Below are positions 11,539 to 23,921 of a stretch of DNA of 49,794 nt, one piece after another (the first letter of the stretch is position 1; each line of letters starts with the position of its first letter). The notes below the pieces were generated by a model, which saw only the letters and a program-made list of their open reading frames with translations, searched no databases and was not told where the DNA came from. Origin of the DNA: Protoeuglena noctilucae (Eukaryota); the NCBI GenBank assembly GCA_958009085.1, contig OY253682.1, positions 930,001-979,794 of the forward strand. Reading direction: 5' to 3'. Made by a program: the position numbers and the translations under genes.

Positions 11539-13790
11539 TCACCCCTCGTCCCCCACCCCCGCCATGTTTGCTCTCATCTCCCTCGCTTTGGCCATGACCT
11601 CTTTGATCCCCGGGCGCTGCTGCTGTGGCTGCATGCACATCTCCACCAGGGATCTCAGAGCGCCGCTGTACTCTGGGGGAGCGGGGCCTGGGCCCTGCGG
11701 ATGCCGAAGCGATGCGGTCCTGTTCAGTATAGATGGATGGCTTGTCCATGAATAGAAAGAGATGGTGGCAAACGGAGAGGGTATGATAAAAGTGCAGCCA
11801 GAGATGGTGGCAAACAGCTACACGAGCAACCCATTGTTACAAATAGAGCCGCAGCTTCCTGCACAACCCTGCCCCACATCACCGCATAGCCCCTCACACC
11901 TCCACACACTCCCAACATCCCCCCCTTCCTCGCCTCAGGCCACCGCATGCGCCCACTGAGCACGGCCAGCGCGATGCTCCCTCCCCCCTCCCTCAGCGCG
12001 TAATCAAAAGGCCCCTCCCCAAACATCGCGAAGTAGGCCGTCGCACCCAACGACCACACATCCACCCTCTCGTCGACCGACCCAGGCATAGGGGGCTCGA
12101 ACAGCTCAGGGGCGCGGTAGGGCGCGGTGGAGTGAGCCTCTGCCTGCTCCTTGACCACCATCATGGTGTGGAAGTCACGCACGGTACGACGCGCCTCGCA
12201 ACAACTGCCAAAGTCCACCAAAACTGCCCGATAGTGCACCCCGCTTGATGCTCCGGCTGTCACTCCGTTATCCATGGACGCTATCCCTAACTCCGCCATC
12301 TCCACCTCGCGATCGGCGTCACCACCCGTGCCATTGTGGCGCCTTGCCCGCGCCCGGTGCCGCGCCCCGCTTCCCCCCGACCACTCCCGCCCCGACCCCC
12401 CTGCCCTCTCCACCAAATGCGCCCTCTCTCGCCGCCACTCGTCGCCGAACGCCGCCCACTCCCCGTCCTCCCCATCGCCCTCGTGTGCCGCACAGGCAAC
12501 CCCGTTGCCGCGGTGGCGACCCTCGGCCTCAACTAACGAAGGTGGGCTGCTGGTCACAGATGTGGGCTTGAACTGCGGGCCTGTGCTGGAACTGGCATCC
12601 CGACGCTGCGAGTGGGGACAGAAAGAGACTGCAATGGTGAGAGTCACGATATGCGGGGTGCCTGGTTGGCAGAGCGTTGCGACAGCGACTCTGACGAGTG
12701 ATGGCTGTTTCTTGACAATACACCCTCGCTGCTCCTGCAGCCCTATAAGCATGTCCCTCTTGCCCCATGTCACTCTTCGTGTGTCATTCTCGCCTGCACG
12801 AGCACGTTGAGTGGCTTGACGTCGCAGTGGGCGAGGGGTGGGTCCTGGGAGTGCAGGGCCAGTAGAGCATCCGCCACCTGCAAGGGAGGCAAGAGTAGAA
12901 AGTCACGAATGCTCACGTGCAGCGACAGGCCCACCACACCCATCCACGCTCAGTCATCCGCACCCACGTATGCTCACTTGCAGCAGCAGGTCCACCACAT
13001 CAATGGGCGCCATCCACTCCCTCCGGCTCCTCATGGCCCCCACCAGATCCGCCAGGCTCCCCTCGGCATAGAGAGGGAACACCATGTACACCACTCGCGC
13101 CACCCCCACCCGCGCCTCATCGGGGAAGGGCGGTACCTCTGCCGCAGCGATCAGCTCGATGGCGCAGGCGGAGCGCTCCCCCGCGCGACGGAGCACGTCG
13201 ATCTCACGCCTGGCGAGGGGTGCGGGTGGGGAACGAGTGAGGTGGGATGTGGGTGGGGCGAACACACAGAGGTGGGGCGCAGGTGAAATGTGTAGAGTTT
13301 GGTGCAGTGGAAGCAGAGTTGAATGATGCAGACTGCTACATCTTCTCTTCCCCTTCCCCGTCTGCTCTCTCCTTGCCTGGCATCTTCCGCCTGCTCGTCG
13401 CTCTGGCACAACACGCGCTTGACGGCGTACTCGCGGGCGGGAGGGTCCGCGCCCTCAGCCACGGGGCCCGCGAACCGCACCAGCTTGGCTAACAGAACCT
13501 GGGAATAACCGCCCTCCGCGATCTGCGCGCTCCGAGCGATCCGCGGATGCGCACGTCGCAGCGGGTTAGCTCGCGAGCTCGCGCGCTCGCTGAGGAAGAT
13601 TCCGCGCCGACCCGGGACTCACCAGTCCGCACAGACGCAACTGATAGTCCCCGACTGTAACCTGCCGGGCCCCTGATTCGAGGACGCGGCTGAGCAGCGA
13701 CTCCCCGGCTTTGTAGGCAGACGTGCACAGCGTCCCGACGAGCCCGCTGAACGGATCCCAGCACGAGAACAAGCCAGGAGGGGCGTCCAT
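11539..13790 (-). CDS. STK16/NAK-family Ser/Thr kinase; multi-exon
   Basis: Motifs IAEGGYSQV, YAVKRVLCQSDEQ, MVFPLYAEGSL, AHCDVKPLNVL, VLVDFGSC, EQAEAHSTAPYRAPELFE, DERVDVWSLGATAY and final exon YSGALRSLVEMCMQPQQQRP. Confidence 0.88.
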
Positions 13791-14259
13791 GGCGATTTAA
13801 GGGCACAGGCATCAGACTCGAGGCCGCGAGGGTGCATGCACGCGTGACTTCGAGGCCTGCAGTCGTAGCACGGACTGTTTGCTGAAAGCGGCTGCGCGAG
13901 AGGGACCCGTGAAGGACACATAACACGACCGAGCAACGCGCTTCATCTCTCGGCGGGCCGGCTCTCGCAGATTATACGTTGCCCTACCGGCGTGTCACAG
14001 ACTCACTCAGGCCGCAGCGCGCCCCACCTGGGCTGCGACGATGACCCGAGGGGCATTAGCTTTGGGTGGGTTAAGACATCGTGGGTAGGGCTTGCACGAA
14101 TTCCCACCCATGCGGATGCCAAGCCTAAGGGTCGGACGCAGCGTGGCCGTGCTGGCCCAGATGGATTGCTGCTGCGCATGCACCGCATTCAGTAGCAAAC
14201 TCGCATTAATGTAGTCGCTCGCATATCCCTAGGAGGTGTCGAGGAGCGTCCCGCGGGAC

Positions 14260-17200
14260 ATGGGAGACGTCAAGGGCCCCTCGGGTGCGCCCGACCCTCG
14301 CGCGGCCCCTCCCAGCGAAGACGTCGTCGTCATTGAGGTTTCCGATGACTCTGACGACGATGACAGCGCGGTGGAGCTGCTGGCGGGCCAGGACCTGCGC
14401 GTCGCGGAGCGGGAAGAGGCGCTGGTGGCGCAGTGGGAGGGCCTGCAGGCGAGCCGGGGCAGCGATGCGTCGAGATTCCCCTCCCGGTTGCTTTTCTTAT
14501 ACATTTCTTGCTTCATTTGCGATCGGATGTTCACATCGTGACCGCGCAGGGCGACAGGAATGCCAAGCGCCGATGGGCCCAGGAGTCGCTGGCGTGGCTG
14601 TGGGACCTGCCAGCCACGAGCGTGGCAGCGGAGGGCGGTCGGCACTGGTGGCATCGATGCCAGTCGCTGGCGTGCGTGTTGAGCAGCGAGGTGCTGCCTT
14701 ATGTCCATGACAGCGACGCCGTGCGCGACATGTGGCGGGAGATGGCACAGCAGGTGCGGGAGTGGATGAGAGGGGTGGTGGTGATTGTGATGATGTGGCA
14801 GTGTCATGATACATTCGCAGTTGTGGCACTGCCCTACCCTCGCTGGCACCCACACCCACACCCACACTGCTACCCCCACCCGCACCCACCCACCCTTCCC
14901 CCCAGATCACCGGTTGCGTTGCGTGTGCCGAGTCGTACCATGCGGCGGTGTCCACGATCGATTCTGACTATGAGGACGACGACTACAAAGCGAGATTGAT
15001 GTGCACGATGGGGCGACTGGACCGTGAGAGGGTCGTGGGGGTCATTGGGGAGGCCGTAAGGGAGGGGGGGGAGGGGGGGGAGGCGGCGGGTGAGGCTGGG
15101 GTTGCATGGGGCAGCGCGGGTGCCGACACGGGTGCTAGATGAAGTGGCGTGGGGTTCACGGGTGCTTGCGTGGTGGGTGAGTGACGGGTGCCACAACCCC
15201 CTGGCACATCCCCAATGCATCTTTACTGCCACTGTCCCTCTCTCTGCATATATAGCATCTATACTGCCATTGTCCCTCCCTCTGCATATATACATACCAC
15301 TCACCCACTCACCCACTCCCACCCCCACCCACCCGACAGTGTCTCGCCTGTCACACGCCCTGCGTGAGCCCCTCACCCACCCGCGGCTGCTGAGGGACCC
15401 TGCGATCGAAGACGCAGCGGCAGCCGCGGTGCAGAGACTCTCACAATGGGCATCGGCAGCAGATACGAATGACGGTAACAGTAACAGTGGTGTCGGTGGT
15501 GGTGGTGGCAATGGCGATGACGACGTGACTTGCACCAAATACGCCGCGCTCCCCCCGCTGCCGCTGGGAGGGCTCGCGTGGCTGCTGGGCTGCGCGGACG
15601 GCGGTGCGGCTGCCGCGTGCGGGCGAGTGCTGGCGGAGGCAGTGCGTGGGGCGGCGGAGGGGGAGGGGGCGGGGGTGGCAAATGCCGCGGCGGCGTGGGT
15701 GCGGTTCCTGCAGGAGAGGGGTATGGGTGTGGGGATGGGTGTGCTTGTTGTGTCAGTGTGGGTGCTTATCACGCCTGTATAATACTAGTAACTAGCGCAC
15801 TTATCATCACCATCATTCATCATGCTTGCACTTGCCTGCAGACGGGTACGTGGCCCCCCCCGCCCCCCGGCTGCGACGTCGCCGCAGCAATGGACCGCAG
15901 TCGTGCCTGGCGTGCTTTGGCCCTCCTCTCCTCGTCGCTGCCCCCCGCATCGCTGGACGAAGTCGCGTCCTCTTGCGACGGGTGGCTCGCGACCGCAGTG
16001 GGGGTGGCGCTGGCACCCGGGGCCCGCGACCGCACCGCGTTGATGGCGGGGAGGTGTCTCAGGCATCTAATAACCGCGCAGGGGGAGTGGAGGGACGAAG
16101 GCACGACACCGGCGTCGCTGGCGGGGAGGGTGGCGGCGGCGCTGAGAGACCCCGCTGCCAGCTCCGCGGTGCTTTTGGAGCGCGTGCGGATGGCGGCGGC
16201 GGCGGCGAGGGCGGCGGCGGCGGGGGAGGGTTGGGGCGGGGAGGGGGCGGCGGCGGCGGTCGGGGCGCTGATGCGGGGGCTGCTGGGTGAGGGGCGCGGT
16301 TGGTTGTTGTTGTTGGAAGAGAATGGTGTGGATTGAGTGAGATTGGATAGCAACGCATGATGTATGGTGTATGGCATATGCAGACTCGCATGGGTGCCCT
16401 TGCGTGGAAGTGCATGCTGTTCATCATTGAGACGTATAATCAGTTCGCCACTGTTTATCGCTTATATTGTTCCTTCCTCTAACATCCCCCCACTCCCCAT
16501 CCCCCCAGGCCTCTCCTCCGCCCCCACCGCCTCCCCCGCCGTTCGCGCGGCATCCGCCACCGCTGCCTGGGCCATGGCTGGGGACCTGACATCGATGGGG
16601 TTGTCATCGGGACGAGTGAGCGATGCGTTCGGCAGAGAGCTGGTCAGGGCGGTTGGGGAGGGGGACGAGGGGCAGGGGGCGGAGGCGATGATCGCGTGGT
16701 GAGGGCGCGCGTGGCACAAGACACTGCTATGGTATGAGCATAGCACAAGTGTCCAATACAATCTGAGTACCACACTGTGATACGAACATAGCACAGTGTG
16801 GAATTGACCAATTCCATGACCACTTACAACCACACTTTAGTGTCTCAAAGTGTCCCATATCTCCACTAACACCCCCTCACAGTCTCACTCTTCCAACCCC
16901 ATATCACCACTCACACTCACCCCTGTCATCCACCCCCCCAGTGTCGCCCGACTGCTCACATCCGATGCCCTGTCCCTCGCCTCCGCCTGCCCCCCTTCCC
17001 CCGTCGACGCCGTGGACCTCTGCCTCAGCGACATCGCCACTCTGACACACCATTCCAACACACAGACTGGCACGGACACAGTCAATGCGATGCGTGCGCA
17101 AGTGGGGGCGGTGGGGGCGTACGCCTGCTGCCCCGCTCTGTGGCACGGACTGGCACTGGCAAAGCACCCCGCGATACTCACGGCCATGTGCCTGGCCGGT

Positions 17201-20200
17201 GCAGCGCTGGCCGCCACCCCCGCGCCCCTCACCCCCACCCCCGCCCCACCCCAAACACGCGCACCCGCACCCGTCACTGTGCCTGGTGGCTTTCTGTCCG
17301 AGGGCCGACTGCGGGGGACTGGTAACGAATCGTCGAGTGTGTCATCAGAGACATTCACGGGGCAGCGCGTGGCTTTGAGAGCAGGGCCGTTGTTAGGAGA
17401 GCTGAGAGCCGCAGCGGCGGGGGCGGCGTGGACGGTGGCAGGCAACCCCGCCGCATTCACCAGCGGCGATCACAAGCGGCGACTGCGCGCCCCGCTGCTA
17501 CGCGCACTGCTGCTGCTGCTGGGATCTAGCTCAGCGTCAGCGCAGGGGGCGGCGAGGGAGGCGTTGGTGGCGCTGTGCGGGGAGGCGGTGGGGATGGCGG
17601 CGGCAATGCGAGAGGTGGCGAGGGGGGCGGTGGGGCGAGCCGCGATGGCGGGGGCGGTGGCGGCGGTGGCGGCGGGGGCGCAACGATGCGCGCTAGATGA
17701 GGGGGCGTGGCATGCGCTGAGCGGGGACGCGTCCGCTCAGGCGTGGGGCATGTGCGCGTCTGTGCTGCGCGCGTGGGAGACTGCGGGGGTGCAGAGCGGG
17801 GTGGAGACGGAGGTGGTGCAGGCGTGTCGTGCGGCGTGGGAGGCGTGCCTGGCCGTGATGGCGTGCGGGGTGGCGAGGGGGGGGGGGCGTGGTGCGGTGC
17901 GCACGCATGGTGAGAGATGCCATGTGCATGCTTGGTGAGAGAAGGAATGCGCACGCATGGTGAGATCGTGAGAGGGGTGGTGTTGGGGAGGGGGGACAGA
18001 GCTGTGCTGTGAGCTTTGCTGTTCTGCTGCTACTCTTTGCATGCCCGCTCTTAGCAGCACCTCGCCTCGCTCACTCTCTGCGCATCTGCACCCCCCCACT
18101 CCCTCACTCACTGCTACCCTCACTGCCACCCTCACCCTCGCTGCTACCCTCACCCTCCCCCCATCTCCTCTCCCCCCCAGCTCATCGCTGTGGGTGAGTC
18201 GATGGCCTCCTTGTCATCTCTACTAACAGACTCCCTGTCTGCAACTGACAAAGCGAACGCAGCCGCTGCCATGTTGGAGGTGATGGGGCAGGCGGGGGCT
18301 GTGGAGGCATCGGAGGGGGCAGCGCAGTGGGCGGAGCTGTGGGCGAGGGGGAGGCGGGGGAAGGGGGCGGTGGCGAGGGTGGTGGGGGGGATACGGGGGG
18401 AAGGCGAGTGGGGGGGAGATAGGGGGGAATGGGGTTGACAGGGAACAGGCGAGTGGGGGGGAGAGATGTAGGGGGCAGAGATAAGGGGCGAGTGGGGGAG
18501 GCAGGGAACATGCGAGGGTGCAGGCAGTAGCTCTAAATGCTTTCGGATGAACAGGCAACCATGCACATTGCCGCCGCTATCAACCCCTTTCCTCGCCCTT
18601 TCTCTCACCCATTCCCCACCATCATCCTCCATCTCTCTCTCCCCCACCCCCAGTGCCCCCCAACGTCACTGCTCGTCTGGTCCGTGCACGCGACACCGCA
18701 TCTGGCATCCACAGCCGCATCCCAGCACAGGACAAGGCAGCCATCGCAGCCATGGCCATTCCCGGTCATTCCAATGACACTGCATCGATCACAAAAGGAC
18801 TCTCCGCACCCCCCCACGCAACTGCAACGGCACCCCAACCACCCACGCCCGCACCGTCGCACCCACCGCACGCATCGCACCCCAACGCCGCCACCCGCCC
18901 TGCCCCAGCCATCCGCGACCGCCTCGCTGCCGTGGCGAAAAGAGAAGGCGTCATCCCAGCTCCCACCCACTCCCGCCGCTCCACCCACACCACCTCCGCA
19001 CCACCGCACCCACGCCACGCACCCGCACCCCCCCGCCCCACCCCCACTGCCCCATCCCCCGCCCTCCCCGCCCCCGCCCCCGTCACTCTGCTCCCCGCTG
19101 ACACCGCAGCTCCCCCCGTGGCCCTGCTTCCCCACATCCCCGCCTCTCGCCCCGCCCCCTCCCCCGCCCCACTACGCGCGCCCCTTCGCTTGGATCGTGT
19201 GCTGGCTGCCGTGCTGTCATGGGACGCGCGATGGCTGCAGGACCCCACGTTTGTTTCTGGCAATTGCCACGCTCCCTACCGCCCCCCTCTGCCGGCCAGA
19301 GTGCCAGACACTTGCGCCGACCCCGTTTCCTATGCTCACGCTTTCCTGCCTCTGTTATTGGAGGAGCTTAGGGCGGGGGTGGAGGCGGAGATAGAAGAGA
19401 AGGGGGGACTGGCAGTTATTATAAAGCAGGCGATGGGGGGTGACAGGAATGCGCGGTGGTGTGCGGGGCGTGTGGCGGAGGTGCGGACGTTGGGGGCGAG
19501 CGTGAAGGAAGTGAGGGTGGCGGTGGATGCGAGGGGTGCGTGGCTGTGGGAGCATGAGCTGGTTCTCATGATACCCGGCAAGCCCAGAGATGGGGGGAGC
19601 GAGAGTGATAGTGATACTGATAGAGAGGGGGTGGGCGCGTGTCATGCATTGGGGGTGGTGAGGGGTGCGGGGGCAGAGAGGTCAACTGACAGGAAAGGGA
19701 GGGATGTGGTGGTGACGATGGCGGCGCCGGGGGGTGAGGCTTTTACCCCCGGCGTGGCGCTGTGCGGGGTGGGGAGTGAGGAGATGGCCAAGCGACTGAG
19801 AGCGGTGGCAGAGCGGTGCGTGCCCGGGGCAGCGTGGGTGGCGGTGGGGCTGGGGGGCCTGGCGCCGCATGTGAGGCAGGTGCAGGCATTGGAGAGGATG
19901 CCTGCGATGCCGAGGGGAGTGGTGGAGGAGATTCTGCAGCCCAGGAAAGGGGCGAGGGGGGCGGATGGCGCATCGACCCCCGCACGCACCCAGCCACAGC
20001 CACAGTCACAGGTGCTGTCCTATTCACAGTCACCATCCCAACCCCATTCGCAACCCCACTCACAGCCACAGTCACATGATGTCGCATCTCGCATCACCGA
20101 TGTCCTGCGCCGTGCCCTGCCCCCCGCCTTCGTGTCTCACTGCGATGCGACGCTGACAGCCCCGCAACGGTCGGCGGTCGCTGCGCTGTTCTCCCCCCGC

Positions 20201-23200
20201 CGCATCGCACTCGTGATGGGGCCGCCGGGCACCGGCAAGACGCGGGCAGTGGGGGCGCTGGTGGGGGCATTGCTGCTGCAAAAGAGACGGGCGCTGGGGA
20301 GCGTGCTGGGTGGTGGTAACCATCAACGCAGCGACAAGCGGGGGGTGGCGATAACAGCGGGAAGCAATCGCGGCGACAGGCGGGGGAATGAAGTAACTGC
20401 GGCAGTGGGGGATGGGCGTGTGCGTGTCTTGGTGTGCGCGCAGTCCAATGCGGCTGTGGATGAGGTGGCGTGTAGGCTAGCGAGGGACGGGGTGGTGGGT
20501 GCGGACGGGAAGCATCGGAAATGCAGGGTGGTGCGGATGGGGAAGGCGGATGCGGTGTCGGTAGAAGCGAGGGCATTGCTGGTGGATGTGGTGGCGGGGG
20601 AGGGGGAGGGGAGGGGGGAGAGTCAAGAGGTGGTGCGGCTGAGGGGGCGGGAGAGGGAGTTGAGGGAGAGGCTGGGGGTGTTGCGGGCGGAGAGGGCGGA
20701 GCTGGAGGGGGGGGGTGGAGGGGGTGGGGGTGGGGGGCGGGGAGGGCGGTGAGGGGCAGAGAGAGGGTGAGGGAGAGGGAGAGGGGAATGAGAGGAAGGG
20801 AGCAGGCAAGGGAGAGGGAGAGGGGGAGGGGGAGGGTGGGTCAAGCAGTGTCAGTGCGCGTGTCGACCGTCTCCGTGCGTTGAAGCGGGAGCAGTGGGAG
20901 CGTACGGAGGAGCTGCACGCGGTGAAGGCGGCACTGCAGAGAGAGAGGCGAGAGATGGGTGGATTGATGTGGGATGAGGGGTTGTAGCTGTGTGTGCATG
21001 CCACTCCCCCCTCTCCCCTCTGCAATGACCGCCTGGACCGCCTCTCTTTCACACAACACCATCACACCCAACCCCTCACTCTCTCACACCCATCACACCC
21101 ACCCACACTATCACACAAACTCCCCCCCCTCCCCCCCCCCCCCCCCCCCCCCACCAGTGACCGCCTGGACCGCCTCTCCGCCGACCGCCGCCGCGCCGCC
21201 CTGCTCTCCGCGGACGTCGTGGCATGCACCCTCTCAGCAGCGGGGGGGGAGCTGGCGGGACTGCTGTCCGGCGCATCTCACTGGCGCGGATTCGACGCGC
21301 TGATCGTGGATGAGGCGGCGCAGGCACTGGAGCTGGCGTGCCTGGTCCCGATGACGCTGCTTGGGGCAGAGGCAAGGGTGGTGTTGGTGGGGGACCCGCA
21401 GCAGCTGCCGGCCACGGTGATGTCCAGGCACGCGGGGGCAGCCACGCTCGCACAGTCCATGGTGAGACACTGGGGGGGGGGGGCGATGGTAGTGATGGCT
21501 ACGCTCAGTCCATGGTGAGACGAGATAGGGGGTGGGGGGAGACGATGGTTGATGAGGAGGCGATGGTGGTTATAAGTACACTCACTGCCACCCCCACTGC
21601 CGCCCCCACTGCCACCTAGCACACCCCCCCCCCCCCCCCCGTCCCTCCCCCCCAGTTCGAGCGCCTGCACCGTTCCCGCCACGCCGTGCTCCTCTCCCAG
21701 CAGTTCCGCATGCACCCCGCCATCTGCGCCTTCCCCAGCCGCTACTTCTACGCATCGCGGCTGACCTGCCACCCCAGCGTGACCGACACCACTCACGCCG
21801 CACCCTGCCACTCTGCGCCCGCACTGGGCCCCCTGGTGATGTGGGATGTGAGGGGAAGGGAGGCGAGGGGCGGGGGTGCGGGTGGCTCTATGTGCAACAC
21901 AACTGAGGCAGCCACGGTCGCCGCATTGCTGTGTTCGCTAAACAGTGCCTATCCCAATCACGGCATGCGAGTGCTCGTGGCCACTCCCTACCAGGGACAG
22001 GCGCGGGCGCTGAGGGAGGCGATGGAGGGGGCGGGGGTGGAGGGGGTGGAGGTGGCCACGGGTGAGGGGGGGGCGTGCATGCATGCGGGGTGTGTGTGTG
22101 TCTGTGTGTGTGTTATGGATGAAGCTCACATGTCATGCAGATGCTGTGTCTGTGCATTGAGCTGATATGACATGCATCGCATGCGCATTTCCCCACTCTC
22201 ATCTCTCCCATCCCTCTCTCATCACCCCTCCCCCCAGTCGACGCCTGCCAGGGCCGCGAGGCGGACGTCGTCGTCCTCTCCACCACGCGCGCACGGCACG
22301 ACGCCCATGCACTCTTGCAAAGAGGCACTACTGCACCCGCGCGCTCGTCAGCGGTGGGATTCCTCTCCGATGCTCGCCGCATGAACGTGGCCATCACGCG
22401 CGCCCGGAGGTGCCTGTGGGTGGTGGGGCACGCGCCCACCCTCTGCACCGACCCGGCCTGGAGGGACATGGTGAGGGGGACATTGGGTTATGTGTAATGA
22501 GAAATAGGCAGAGTGAGGGATATGGGATAGGGATGGATGGGCAGTGTGGGGGCTCTCTCGTGTTTGTTCTCAACTCGCACGACCATGCTTACTAGTATCG
22601 TGATGTGGACGCGCTCCGCCCTCATCCCACTCACCCCACTCATTACTCATCCCACTCATCTCCCTCATCCCACTCATCCCCCTCACTCCCCCCCCAGGTG
22701 TTGGACCTGGAGAGTCGTGGGCTGGTGTTCACGGCACCCAGTCCCCACGACATGCCCCATGCATTGAAAAGGAGCGCAGGGGAGCTGAGGAGCACGGAAG
22801 TGACGAGGATGGCGCAGCGACTGCGGGGGGCGGGGGGAGAGGGGGGGCAGGGGAGGGAAGCGGGTGCGGTTACTACTGGGGGGGTGGCGGGAACTGGGGT
22901 TAATGCCAAGCGTGGGAGGGGAGAGGGCGATGCGGGGGCGGTGGGTGCCGGTCGCTCTTTGCCCCGCGTGGCTGGGGCATCGGTGGCTGCAGAGGGGGAG
23001 GGGCCGGTGGCAAAGCGGCCGAGGGTGCAGGGGGGGGAGTTGCAAGTGGGGGTGACGAGTGCGGTGGAAGCAAGTGTACAAGCAGCAAGTGCAGTTGCGA
23101 CAACTGCCAAGGCACCAAGTGCATTGGAACCCAGTGCATTAACACAAAGCACGGTCCCCACTGCAACACCGATGCGGTCGGCACCCATCGCCAGGGGAAG

Positions 23201-23798
23201 GGGCAGAGGTGCCGCTGCTACTTCCTCTGCTGCTGCCCCTGCGCCGCGTCAACCGTTGGCAGATGACGATCTCTTCGCGGCACTAGATGAGAGGAAGAGG
23301 AAGCAGCAGGCGGGCAAGCGGGGGACGCGGGGGAGGGGGGGTGCGGGTGCGGGTGCGGGTGCGGGTGGGAGTGTGGGGAGGGGGCAGGGGGGGAATGGCA
23401 AAGCCGACGAGCCTCTCTTGTTCCTGGGCACGCGGGTGCAGAGATGCGAGGTGGGGGGCGGTGGGGTTGCGGGGAATGGGACGCCAGGCGCGGGGGCAGT
23501 AGGGCGTGGGAGTGGAAGTGGTGGCGGTGCAGTGGGGCGTGGCAGGGGCAGTGGCAGTGGGGGTGGCAGTGGTAGTGGTGGCAGTGCAGCTGGGCGTGGG
23601 AGTGGCCTTGGCGGCGGGGGGGCCGGGGCGGCGGCGGCGGGCAACGCGGGGCGCGGCAGTGGCGGCAGTGGCAGTGGCGGTGGTGTCGGTAACAGTCATC
23701 GTAATGCCAACGTGCCGGCATCATCATCAGACAACCGCGGAGGCCCCCGCCAGGACTCCAAAGCCCTCCTGGCATCGCTGCTGCGTGACGACGGATGA
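14260..23798 (+). CDS. SEN1: SEN1/senataxin-like SF1 (Upf1-like) helicase; about 13 exons, apparent frameshift in a G-run near 20710
   Basis: YAHAFLPLLLEELRA, Walker A GPPGTGKT, VLVCAQSNAAVDEV, IVDEAAQA, VLVGDPQQLPATV, LSQQFRMHPAI..FPSRYFY, VDACQGREAD and GFLSDARRMNVAITRAR. It has a long N-terminal helical region and a Gly/RG-rich tail. Confidence 0.9.
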
Positions 23799-23921
23799 CG
23801 AGGCTGTGTTAAATCAACACATATCAATCCATAGACACTTGCTAGACCAACATGCTTGTACATCTACTCTCTTACTCTTACCTCTTTGAAAACCTGGTCC
23901 ATCCCACATGCACCCTTGTTC

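Noticed and set aside
22620..22692. Intronic minisatellites (CTCATCCCA-like here, 12-bp units at about 18105-18155, ATCCCTGCCCA at about 34675-34733)
   Set aside because: Simple low-complexity intron repeats with no sign of independent function.
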